Source: the human T2T-CHM13v2.0 reference genome, Homo sapiens. From it: DNA of 64,000 bases. Both the position numbers and the translations under genes were made by a program. The stretch lies in NCBI RefSeq assembly GCF_009914755.1, contig NC_060940.1. One strand, written 5' to 3'. The notes under the pieces were generated by a model. It did no database searches, was not told the origin of the DNA, and saw only the letters and a program-made list of their open reading frames with translations. Positions 39,966 through 54,079 of the stretch are shown one piece after another. The stretch's first letter is position 1, and the number at the start of each line of letters is the position of its first letter.

Positions 39966-40088
39966 GATAGGACACTAGACCAGCTTCTCCTTCTCACTGG
40001 AGAACTCTGGGAACAGAGAGACCGCTTGGCTGCCTTTAGGTTCCTAGGAAGCCTGGACCAACAAATGCATGCTTCTCAGTTTGGAACT

Positions 40089-40931
40089 TGTAACTGAGTC
40101 CAGACTTGGACCGCTCACTGCGTAACAGCCAGTAAGTTGAGAGACAAGTAGTCAGAGCAAGGAAAGCGACTGTATTTTGGAAAGCCAGCAAGCTGAGAAG
40201 ACGGCAGACCAATGTCCTAAGAAGCTGCCTTAAAAGGCATGAATCTGGGCTGGGCACGGTGGCTCACGCCTGTAATCCCAGCACTTTGGGAGGCTGAGGC
40301 AGGCGGATCATGAGGTCAGGAGATCGAGACGATCCTGGCAAACACGGTGAAACCCCGTCTCTACTAAAAATACAAAATTAGCTGGGCATGGTGGCACGCA
40401 CCTGTACTCTCAGCTACTTAGGAGGCTGAGGCAGGAGAATCGCTTGAACCAGGGAGTCAGAGGTTGCAGTGAGCCAAGATCGCCACTGGACTTGAGCCTG
40501 GTGACAGAGCGAGACTCCGTCTCAAAAAAATAAAAAAATAAAAATAAAAATAAAAAAGGCATGAATCTGAAGCTTCTTTTTATATTGGGGAAGGGGGAAC
40601 AAGGTGGGGTTGAGCTCAGTGGGAACTGGTGACCACAGACATCTGGGCATCAGCAGGAGTCCGAGGAGGTTGCAGAACTTCTTTGTCCTTGGTCAGATCA
40701 CGATGCCCCTATAAATATTTAATTCAACATTGTTGTTTGTGTGTACATCCTCATCTCCTTGGGTTTTAGTTTTGGGAAGGGGCCACTCTCATCCTTGCTT
40801 TGAAATTAAATTAGAAACAACATTTGTCCCATAGTTAGCTTGGCCTATGTGCAGGATTGAGCAAAGGCAGTTCTCTTGTGAGGTTAGAAGCAAGATGGAG
40901 CCAGCTACGTCAGATTTCTGTCACTGTTACA
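40089..40931 (-). mobile_element. MER4-group ERV1 solo LTR (MER31/LTR8-like) interrupted by Alu
   Basis: TG...CA ends; gttagaagcaagatggag.cagcta.gtcagatttct..cactgt motif; possible TSD aact/aaat. Confidence 0.7.
40248..40553 (+). mobile_element. AluS(c)-type SINE
   Basis: Perfect 16 bp TSD aaaaggcatgaatctg. Confidence 0.94.
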
Positions 40932-42632
40932 AAATCATATGACTTCTTTTTTCGAGGGCGGAGGAGGATGTTGAAGGCAGTCGCTCTAAAGGCCAGGAAA
41001 GGAGAGGATGTTTCTGCCCATTGCCATTGGTCTATCAGCACCCGTTGTCCCCTGGAGCAGGACCCGAGGGAAGGACTCAGTCCAGAGCTGCTCACACTTT
41101 GCCAACCTTGCCCCAACCATCTCCAGCTGCCTCATAAGCCTCCTTCTCCTAATAGAGACCAAGGGGCCCCTGCAACAGAGATACCCCAACTTCCTCCTCT
41201 CTGCAACCAGATTCTTGAGCATCTTCCTGCTCTCCTTCCAGACCTCGTCTCCACTCCAGGAGAAGCATCTCCTCTTTTCCTTTGAGTCTAACTTCTCTGT
41301 CCTGTTTTCCAAGACTGACTTCCACCTATTGTCCCATCTCTCTTGAGTCTTCAATATTTTTTTCATCCTCCCCCTGCCAATGGGCATACTTAAGTTTCCA
41401 GAACTAAACAAACAACTCTTTTTTTCATCCTGGCCACCATCTTTCCTTTTCTCTCTCCTTTTCTCTACTGTCACACTTTTCTCCACAAAAGCAACCTCTG
41501 TTCATGGCCCTGCTTCCTCATGCTAGGGAAGTTTGTGTAACATCAACAAGGCTACCACTCCTTAAGCATTCCCTATCTGCCAGTTCTGTGTCACTTTGTA
41601 TACATCGAGCTCATTCATTTCTAATACAGCCATGTGAATTTTGATCATCCTCATTTTACAGATAGGGAAACTGAGGCTCAGGGGAGGGACAATGAAGTCA
41701 ATTGCTTAGTCATACTACTGGCTCCAAAGCCTGCCTCTAACCACTCTGCTCCACTGCCCTAATGGGCATCCTATGAGAGTAGCCGCCTGTCATTCCTTGA
41801 TGTATCCCTAGTATACTTGAGGCATTCAGTAAATATTTAGTGACTGAATCAATGTTCAAATACTTTAATGACTTTTTGCCAGCTTGTCTAGAGGCCTTTC
41901 CTGCAAAGTTTTATAATTTAGTCATAAATATATTTGGTTGTAATGTTATATGTTTCATTATGTCTCGTGATCCCGAAATTACTTTATGAATTAAATATCT
42001 TGAAAAATAGAGTGGAATTCAATACAATTCTGAACCCATCTACCACATGTCTTCATCCTTGCTGTCAAAATGCCAGTGCCTTCTTAAACAGGAGAGAACA
42101 TTGACTACATACAAACTTGGTTTAGCTCATGAAGTTTACTCAGACATGCATAGTACAAAACAAAAAAAAATCAAGGAGACAAAAATAATCAAAAGGGATG
42201 AATTTAGTAAATCCTGTACAAAATGCTGCAGGTCTGAAAATATTTATTGGAAGAAATATACACATTCAAGAGAGGTTATTCAGCAGACAGAAGAGAAAAA
42301 AGGCACCACAAAGATAAAGTGGTACAAATTTGGAAAAATGTTTCACAGAAGTAAAAAATTGTTTGAAATTCCTTTAGGCAAAGTGAAGAAAATATCCTTT
42401 CATTTATAAGACCAGGAAACCAAGTGACTGGCTGCAGATAAATGAGCTAGTGTCAATCAGAATGGGTTAAGTCCTGCTGCAGGAATAATCTCAAATCTTA
42501 GTGGCTTGACACAGCGAAGGTTATTTCTTGTTCATTTCACATTTCCAGCACAGGTTGATAACTGCTCCATGTTATCTTAATTCTGGGACTCTGGTTGATA
42601 GCACATCCTCTACTTAAAATATTACTAAGAGA

Positions 42633-42985
<353 letters not shown>

Positions 42986-43279
42986 TTAGAAGTGACACAA
43001 GTCATTTCTGCTTACATTTAATTGACCAAAGCAAATTTCGTGGCTAAGAAGGAATGATTGGGCTCCTGGCAATCTCTGCAATATTGTTCTCCACCTTGCT
43101 GCCACAATCCTGAATGTGGACACATCTGCCTTCTCCTACCCTCCCCTACTGGCCTTTGTGGTGCTACCCTGTCTTGCTATGTCCATCTTTGCATCAAGAC
43201 TTCTGGGTCTTGGAGGCTGGCCTCTCTTCCTCCTCCTTTACCCCAAAGTCCTTCTCAGCTTTCTGCTCTCCTTGCCCAG

Positions 43280-43560
43280 AGGTGACATGTAAGCCACATC
43301 CAGCAAAAAAGATGTGTTTTGTTTGGCCCATACAGGGTTGCTCATATTGTTTGTAATTTGTTCCCAATATTTAAAAACCAAACTGAATGCTCTTCTTCAA
43401 TTAATTGGAGGATCTGGCCACACTGGACCACATTCCTTTGTGGACACAGGTAGCTCAGCTGAGTAAAGCTGGCCCTGTAGAGGAAGCAGGTGCTTGCATC
43501 TCTCCCTGGGCCCACCTGGTCCGCTGATGCTACTTATGTTACTGAATAAGCCACCCGGGA
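43280..43560 (+). mobile_element. MER102-like hAT-Charlie element
   Basis: gatgtgttttgtttggcccatacag...ggatctggccacactgg...gctgagta..gctg motifs. Confidence 0.65.
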
Positions 43561-43854
43561 GCTCCAGATTTCCCCCCTGGGAAGGGGGAATCGCCTTAAT
43601 TTAGTTGGTATCTACATGCAAATGACAATTTAAATCACAGTGCAGTCATGATCTCTTACCTGCATTTCAAGCCTGGATTTCTAACATCTATTAATCCTTC
43701 CTGCTCCCAAGACCATTTCGATGTGGCTCATGATTCTGCCATGTTCAAAACTATGGGCCTCAGGTGAGTTACTTAATCTCTATAACTCCTTAACTCATAT
43801 GTAAAAATAAGAAAACGAAGTTACTATAAGACATAGGAACTTTACGACCCCCTG

Positions 43855-44680
<826 letters not shown>

Positions 44681-44685
44681 TTATT

Positions 44686-45000
44686 GGCTGGGCGCAGTGA
44701 CTCATGCCTGTAATCCCAGCACTTTGGGAGGCCAAGGCAGGCAGATCACCTGAGGTCAGGAGTTCAAGACCAGCCTGGCCAATATGGCAAAACCCCGTCT
44801 CTACTAAAAAAATACAAAAATTAGCCAGGCATGGTGGCAGGCACCTGTAATCCCAGCTACTCAGGAGGCTGAGGCAGGGAGAATTGCTTGAACCCAGAGG
44901 CAGAAGTTGCAGTGAGCCGAGATCACGCCACTGTACTCCAGCCTAGGCAACACAGCCAGACTCTGTCTCAGGAAAATAATAATAATAATAATAATAATAA
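44686..45000 (+). mobile_element. AluSx-type SINE with (AAT)n tail
   Basis: Full Alu; TSD taaagttatt. Confidence 0.94.
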
Positions 45001-46876
45001 TAAAGTTATTATAAAAAATTTATGTCATGGGATCATAATGATGTGAAAGAGATCATATACATGAGGAGCATGGCCCTGCAACCGGTCTGCCTGTCTACTC
45101 CTTCCTGCATGGCGGCCTGCCTTCTGCAAATGCTCTGTAAGTATTTGACATATTGAATTAGCTTGAGAAAAAGAAAAGGGAAAGTAACTGTATATAAGTC
45201 ACACTATTTAATTCTTACAATAACCCTCCGAGGAAGGTATTATTATCCTCATTTTACAGTTGAGGAAATTGAAGTACAAAAGGGTTTATAGCTTATGCAC
45301 TTGAGCACAATTTGTTTCTGCCAGGTCTGCAGTGAAATGTTTCTTGCCCACAATGCTTCCATCCCAGGGGAGCATCCCTCCGTTCTCCCAATGCCCCCAA
45401 GCCCCCCCTTTCCAGCTTCCTGGTTTGTGCTTACAGAAAACAGGGCCGCTTCTGCCAGCTTCCTGCTCCAGCACTTGGATTTCATTAGCAAGCATAATTC
45501 TAATTGAACTTTCATTCACTAGCCTTAGCTTGGCAATTAATCAAGCTTCTCCCAAGCTCGGAGCCTATCTTTACTTCCTTTCAGAGTGAGAGAGGAAAGC
45601 AAATCTCAGTCCTCATTCCTGGGGCAATGTACCCTGTGCTTATGCTGGTTTCTGTGTCTCTGTGCGTTCCCAGGACACTGTACGCTTAGTAATTTCTAAA
45701 GAAGGCTGTTAGATTCAGATGGTAATCTCAGCCCCCTTCTGGCTCATTCCCTGGACTCTTGGCCTCATTAGAAATCCTCTCATTGCCTGCCTCCAGTCTC
45801 TCACTTACAAGTAACTGTTGGCCTCTGCTCTCCTGCCTGCCAGAATCTCAGAGCACCTCGTTTACTTTTTCCTTAATGTAACATTTATTGTCATTTCCTC
45901 CCTGTTCTCTGATTAAAGAAGGAATAAATGTTCATTGCAGAAAAATTGGAAAATGTGAAAAATCACAAAGATGAGACCAAAACTCAATCATAATGCCACC
46001 AGCCGGAAATAAACACTGCTAATACATGCAGGTGCAGGTGATGCTTGTCTTTCTTAAAAGCGGCTTTAGTGCAAATTACATATTATATATTAGAAGCCCT
46101 AATTCAGAGATCCAAAATGCAAGTTAAAAACAAGGCAGGGTCACTACATTTCACAATTCCAGGGGGTACCATTCATATTGTAGTCTACAGGAATGGCTTC
46201 CTCTGAAGTTTATGCAGTGCACGTTCCGTGTTGCTGTACTTGGTGGCCATGTGCAGGGCCCAGGAAGATAACACAAAGTGAGTTGTAGGTAAACTAAAGG
46301 GCCAGGGAAGCTCCTGGGAACTGATACAAAGTAGGGTTGTGGGACCACTGGTGCCAGAATATGTGATTTTTCAAGAAGAGCTGGAAAACAAACAGACCCA
46401 ATGACTCCAGTGCATCCCAGGGCTCTTCTGTCTCGTAGCCCAGCTTTTCCTCTTCCCATCATCTTTGTTTTTCCCACAGAGTGACCCCAGGAGCCCTCTT
46501 ATGTAGAAAGCGTTGCTCTGATTGTCCTCTGGTTGGGCAGTGGCAGAGGCCATCAGCAAAGCCCTTCTCATCCCCTGCCACTAAGCCCAGGAGGGAAAGT
46601 CATTTCATCTGCCCCTTCCCTGGCACTCCACAACGTGGAGGATCTAAGGCTGGGGGCTACCTAACCATCTGCTGTGGCTCCTGGGGAGAGAGGGAAGAGA
46701 GTCAGCAATACCTGGGTAAGGAGAGAGGCTCACGTCCATTTTCCCATCATCACTTCTAAGGGGAATGGCTGTCATGTTCTTTTCTTTGAGGGCACATTCA
46801 TTCATGTGACTATTTCCTTAAGATGTGTCCCACCGTCCTCAACTGTGAGCTATGTGGGAATAAGAAATGAGTCTGA

Positions 46877-47201
46877 GGCAGGGCGCAGTGGCTCATGCCT
46901 GTAATCCCAGCACTTTGGGAGGCCAAGGCAGGAGGATCACGAGGTCAGGAGATCGAAACCATCCTGGCTAACACGGTGAAACCCCATCTCTACTAAAAAT
47001 ACAAAAAATTAGTTGGGCATGGTGGCACATGCCTGTAATCCCAGCTACTCCGGGGGCTGAGGCAGGAGAATCGCTTGAACCCAGAGGTGGCAGTGAGCCG
47101 AGATCATGCCACTGCACTACAGCCTGGGTGATGGAATGAGACTCCGTCTCAAAATAAATAAATAAATAAATAAAATAAAATAAAATAAAATAAAATAAAA
47201 T
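46877..47201 (+). mobile_element. AluSc/Y-type SINE
   Basis: Full Alu; TSD aaa(t/c)gagtctg; (AAAT)/(AAAAT) tail. Confidence 0.93.
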
Positions 47202-47926
47202 AAACGAGTCTGGCTCTGTTCCCCAGCATGTCCCTGTGCTCAGCAGAGGCACTGGCACAGAGCAAATACACAGTGAATACCACTGAATGGATAGAAGAGG
47301 GGCACGCCCTGTGCTGTCAACATCCTCCTACACTGAGGCGCAGGCGGAGCACTGCCAAAGAGTCTCCCCTCCACAGAAGATCTGCAGCAACCATAAGTCA
47401 GGATTTTCATTGTTTTTAGCACTGTAAGAATAGGAATACTTTGTCACATGTAAGCCTAGTGCTGAACTTTCAGAGAGCCCACTTTCAAAGACACTTTCAG
47501 CAAAACGTTATGTATAAAAGGGGAACTTTGTAAATATTCTTTCAATCTTTTTAACTATCTCTCCATGTGTGTAGAATACTTAATATTTCATAATCACACC
47601 TTTCATACAACCACACGTTATAAATATTTTCCTATGACAATATTCTTCTATAACATTAGTTTTAAGAACTGCACAGAATTCAATTGCATGAATGTACCAT
47701 AATTATTTCCTGTTGATGAGCATTTAGATTGTTTCCAATTTTTTGTATTGTAAATAAATTAGTGATAATCATCTTTCTCCAGAAAGGTTTGTCTGTATCT
47801 CTGATTATTTTATTTATATCATTTATATTATAAATTTATTTACTTATTTTATGTTAAACTACCTACTCAAATGGTATGCCAATCTGGATGCACAAGTTGC
47901 CCTATATAAAGATTGTAACTAATTTC

Positions 47927-48220
47927 TTTCTTTTTTTTTTTTTTTTTTTTTTTGCTTTGGAAGACTTATTTGACTTTATGTAAATACTCATTCTTGTTGA
48001 CTGTTTCAATTATTTTTCTTTCATCTTTTATTTTAGAATCAGCGAGTATATGTGCAGGTTTATTATAAAGGCATATTGCGTGATGCTGAGTTTCAAAGTA
48101 TGAATGAATCTGTTACCCAGGTAGTGAGCATAACATCCAATAGGTAGATTTTCAACCGTTGCCCTCCTCCCCACTCCTCTGTCTCATGTACCCTCGTGTC
48201 TATTGTTCCTATCTTTATAT
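47927..48220 (-). mobile_element. Old L1PA (L1PA15/16-like) 3' end with probable 3' transduction, inserted in L1ME
   Basis: L1 3' end at ~48025-48220, extra ~70 bp, poly(T) 47931-47953, TSD aagattgtaa..aatttc. Confidence 0.7.
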
Positions 48221-49009
48221 AAGATTGTAAAAAATTTCCACATACAGTATATAAGTGCTTATTTCCTAATCCCATGATCCACTATAGACTTAGTGCTAGA
48301 TCATAGGATGAGACACCTAAACAGTCCTTCAAATGACTGTTTAGCATCTAAGTACTTTGAAGCATCACTAAAGTACTCAAATATTACTGAACATTGTATT
48401 CACCAAAATTCCTAAGGAACAAATAGATGGTCATTGAACCACTGTCTAAGAAGGATGGTCCAATTAACTATAGGGATATGATTTTGCTCAGTGGGACATT
48501 CATGCAAGTTCTGGGTCAGAACTGAATTGTTGGGGCATCTGTGGAGAGGCTGAAGTCTACTCCTTTCCCACTCTTCCCTACCAACACCCAGCCACTCTGC
48601 TTTATAAGTACTACATAAATGTTTAATGAACATCAATTTTATCATATAGAGTATTGTGTATTAATTGGAAGATTATCCATGATAAACTGATAACTGATTA
48701 AAGAAAGCTGAAGAATATCTTTTGTACTTTCTACTTTTTAAAGAGAAGGGGAAACCTATGTAAGTAGCCATACATTTCCATATGTTTATATAAGCAAAGG
48801 AAAATATAGACAGTTACCATACAATAGTTTTAACAGTGTTTATTAGGGATATTAGTTTGGAGACGGGTAGAAAAGATTATTAATTTTACTTTAGATGCTT
48901 CAATTGCATCCATTTTTTAACTTGTTTCAACGAGCACATACAACTTCTATAATTCAAATGTTTAATATTTAAATTAGGTTTGAAGCGGCACCAAATTGTA
49001 GTATGCTGA

Positions 49010-49423
<414 letters not shown>

Positions 49424-49447
49424 TAAAACTATTTGAGAAACATTTCT

Positions 49448-49545
49448 TCCTCCTCCTCCTCCTCCTCCTCCTCCTCCTCTTCTTCTTCTTCTTCTTCTTC
49501 TTCTTCTTCTTCTTCTTCTTCTTCTTCTTCTTCTTCTTCTTCTTC
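49448..49545 (+). repeat. (TCC)10 TC (TTC)22 compound trinucleotide repeat
   Basis: Counted directly. Confidence 0.95.
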
Positions 49546-49549
49546 TTTT

Positions 49550-50280
49550 TTGCTCTAACTCTTCTAGGAGTCTGTAAATAACCTGCTCTTTGCATGTTTA
49601 ACAAAACTCATCCATAAATTGTCTGAGCATACAATATTTTGGGGAAGTGGGGTTTTGTTTGTTTACAACTTTTACTATTTCTTTCAGGGCTACTTGTCTA
49701 TTTACATTTCCCACTTCTTTCTTTAGTCAATTTTATTCATTTGTATTTTCCTTCAAAAAATCTAGTTCATCTAGTTTTAAAATTCATTTGCATTATCTTA
49801 TAGTATATCCTTTGGTAATTCTTTTAAAATAGCCTCTAAGTCCATAGTTCTAACTCCTTTTCCATTCTGAATTTTGACTATTTTCTTATTTTCCAGAGAT
49901 TTGTCTATCTCACTGGCCATTTAAAGAACCAGATCTGGGATGTAGCTATCAATTTTTATTGGTGTTAGGTTTTCAGATTCAATGTATGATTCTTTAAAGT
50001 CCTCCTTCCTGCTTTGCTTGGGTTTATTTTGTTCACCTTCTCTTTCTAATGCTTGAGGTCAATCTCATTTCACTTATTTTCACTTTTTACTCATCTAATG
50101 ACTAAAATATTCAAGACAAGTATTTTTCCTGAATTCAGCTTTAGCTTATCCCATAAAATCAAAGATGTTGATTTCATTTCTACTTTCTTTGAAATGGTTT
50201 ATATCCACAACTGAGTTTGTAAGAGACAGTTTTATGGTTGTTTTTTAAAGAACTGTTTTAAAGATTATTTTAAATTAAAA
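49550..50280 (-). mobile_element. Old L1M fragment
   Basis: T-rich antisense ORF2-like sequence (ccagagatttgtctat...ttaaagaaccag). Confidence 0.55.
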
Positions 50281-50774
50281 GTAGGTTCATTATAGAAAAT
50301 GAAAAGAAGGGGAAAATTGTCCAGAATTCTACCACTCAGGTGGCTGCATATGTCTTTCCAGTCATTTGTGCCTATGGTTGCTTCTTTCCTTTTTAAAAAA
50401 TTGTATTATCTATTTTGTCTTAAAGGCCACTTTGTTCCTGAGACATTATAAATGCCATTATTAGGGCCTCTTGCTAGTTTTGAAGGTTGTGACATTTTGG
50501 GGTCCCATAGTAACTTACCTGAACACAGATTGTCAGGCAGATTTTAGGAAATTTCATTGATATCTTTTTTCCTTCCTTATGAGAGTCAGAAAGCGAAACT
50601 GTGACAAAGATTTCATATGAGAACATATCACTCTGCCTTCATCTCCCTTGAAGAACTTCATTTCCTTCTCATCAAGCTTGAAGACAAAGAGAGCATGAAA
50701 AGGTTTCCCATGCCCTCCTGTCCAGGACCCCCGGCTCTTCCCTAGCTTCCCATCATTTACATCCATCTTCTATC

Positions 50775-50945
50775 AACTGGACAAGTCACATCACTTCTGA
50801 GCCTCACTTTCTTCATCTGTACAATAGGGAAAATAGTAGTCCCTGTTTCATATAGTGGCAGTGAGTTTTAAATAAAATAATGCTCATAAAGCACTTCACA
50901 CAGAGCCTGGCACATAATAAGTACTCACTAAATGAGAGCTGTTGC
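50775..50945 (+). mobile_element. MIR SINE
   Basis: ggacaagtcac...ctgagcctcactttcttcatctgtacaatagg...cctggcacataataagtactca. Confidence 0.8.
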
Positions 50946-53278
50946 TGTTGTTGTCATTACTCCCACCCCTTTTCAAGCACACAAGATGAATAAAGAGCTC
51001 ACTTCTCAAGTGAGACTCAGGGGGACCTCAATGCCTGCTACTCATCTGCAGTTTTACAAAAGCAATTAAAGCTTGCCTGTGATTGTGTGTCTCTTGATCG
51101 TCCTTGAAGCTGAGATGCCCTATTGAAAGAGGAAGTCAGTGCCCTTCCCTGCATTCTGGTGCTGTTTATTATGCCAGAAAGGCTGCTCAGGCTCATTACT
51201 GCTGCAGAATACAGGCCCCCAGGGGCTGAAGTGGAGCCGGATAATTACCAACAGATCCCTAATAGGTATGGACTCAGTGGAAACAAGTCAATCAGGAACA
51301 CGGCATTTATGTCTAAACTATTCCCATCCATGCTCAGGGGCATGAGAGACTGCTAATGAGGGCCACACTTCTGAGGCTGAGGGCCATGACCATTAGCTCC
51401 ACCCTGAGAGCTCTGTGCCTAAAAGAATCCTAACAAGTGGATCCTCTCTAAACCTCCTGTGTTAGTCTATTTAGTGTTGCTATAAAGGAATGCCTGAGGC
51501 TGGGCGGTTTATAAAGAAAAGAGGTTTATTTGGCTCATGATTCTGGTGGCTGGAAAGTTCAAGACTGGACATCTGCATCTGGTGAGGGCCTCAAGCTGTT
51601 TCCACTCATGGCAGAAGGTGAAGGAGAGCTGGCTGTGCAAAGATCATATGATGAAAACAAGATGCTAGAAAGAGAGCAAGGGGAGGTACCAGGCTTCCTT
51701 TAACAACCAGCTTTTGCAGGAACTAATTTAGTGAGAACTCACTCATCCCCAAGGTAGGACATCAATCTATTCAGGAGGCATCTGCCCCCATGACACAAAC
51801 ACTTCCCATTAGGCCCCACCTCCAACACTGGGAATAAAATTGCAGCATGAGGTATGGAAGGGATAAATATTCAAATTATAGCATTGTGCCCCTGGACCCC
51901 CAAAACTCACATCCTCCTCACATGCAAGATACAATCATTCCATCCCAACAATCCCAAAAGTCATAAATCATTTCAGCATCAACTCAAGAGTCCAAAGTCT
52001 CATCTGAGACTTAAGGTAAGCTCCTTCCAGCTGTGATCTTGTAAGGCCAAAAACAAGTTATTCACTTCCAAGTTACAATGGTTGTACAGGCATTGGGCAA
52101 ATATTCTCATCCCAAAAGGGAGAAATCAGCCAAAAGAAAGGGGTAACAGGCCCAACGCAAATCTAAAACCCAGCAGGGCAGACATTAAATCTTAGAGCTC
52201 CAAAGTAATCGCCTTGACTCCATGCCCTGCATCCTCAGCATACCAATACAAGGGGTGGGCTCCCAAGGCTTCAGGCAGCCCCACCCTGATGGCTTTGCTA
52301 GGCATAGCCTACATGACTACTTTCATGGATCAAAGTCTAAGCCAGAGGCTTTTCCCAGGTGAGATGAGAAGTGGCCGGTGGCTCTACTATTTTGGGGTCC
52401 TGATGGTGGCCCCATCCCTGCAGCTCTGGTGTACAGTCCGGGTGCCCAGGCAGGAACCTGCCTCAGTAGTGGAGTCATCACTAAGAGTTCCCACCTAGGC
52501 AATGCCTAGTAGAGCTGCATAAGCCTTGCAATGCCTCGTAGAGCTGCATAACAGATTCCACATAAGCCTTGGTGGCTTCCACCTCTGAAATCTAGGTGGA
52601 AGCCACCAAAGCTTATGGCTTGTGCCCTCCAGAGCAGTGGCTCGAGCAGTACCTGGGCTGCTTGGAGCCAAGGCTGAAGAAGAAATGGCCTGGATGCAGG
52701 GAGCAACATTCCAAGGTGGCACAGGGCAGTAGTACCCCAGGCCTGTCCCCTGAAAGCATCCTGTCCTCTTAGTCCTCTGGGCCTGTGATAAGAGGGGGAA
52801 GCCTCAAAGTTTTCTGAAATGCCTTCAGGACCTTTTCCTCATTGTCTTGGCTATTAGCACCTGGCTCTTTTTTAGTCATGCAAATTTTTTTAGCAACTTG
52901 TACTTCCCACCAAACCCTTGAATTTCTCTCCTGAAAATGCTTTCCTTTTCTACCACATGGCCAGGCTGTGAACTTTCCAAATTTGTATGCTCTGCTTCCA
53001 TTTTAATTATAAAGTCTGCCTTTAGCTCATTCATTTGCTGCTGTAATTCACTGTAAGCTGTTAAAGTAATCATGTCACTCCTTGAGTGCTTGGCTGCTTG
53101 GAAATTTCTTCCACCAGGTATGCTTGGTCATCACTCTTAAGCTCAGCCTTCCACAAAGTCTAAGGTCATGGACACAGTGCAGCCAAGTTCTTTGCTACAG
53201 TGTAACATGGGTAACCTTTGCTCTAGTTCTCAATAAGTTCTTCATTTCCATGTGCGACCTCTCTGGCATTGCCCATAC

Positions 53279-53640
<362 letters not shown>

Positions 53641-53787
53641 TAACCAGTCTCTAGGACGTTCCAAACTTTCCCTTGTCTTCTTCTGAGCCCTCTAAACTCT
53701 TCCAGGCTCTCCCCATTACCCAGTTTGAAAGGTACTTCCACAATTTCATGTGTGTTCCCCACTCTTCTTCCCCACTGAGAAGACTCA

Positions 53788-54079
53788 TTTATTTTTTTGA
53801 GATGGAGTCTCGCTGTCACCCAGGCTGGAGTGCAGTGGCACGATCTCAGCTCACTGTGGGCTCTGCCCCCCCCGGGTTCATGCTATTCTCCTGCCTCAGC
53901 CTCCCAAGTAGCTGGGACTACAGGCGCCTGCCACCTCACCCGGCTAATTTTTTGTATTTTTAGTAGAGACGGGGTTTCACCATGTTAGCCAGGATGGTCT
54001 CGATCTCCTGACCTCTTGATCTGCCTGCCTCGGCCTCCCAAAGTGCTGGGACTACAGGCATGAGCCACTGCGCCCGGCC
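53788..54079 (-). mobile_element. AluY/Sc-type SINE inside MST-int
   Basis: Reverse Alu; TSD gaagactca. Confidence 0.92.
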
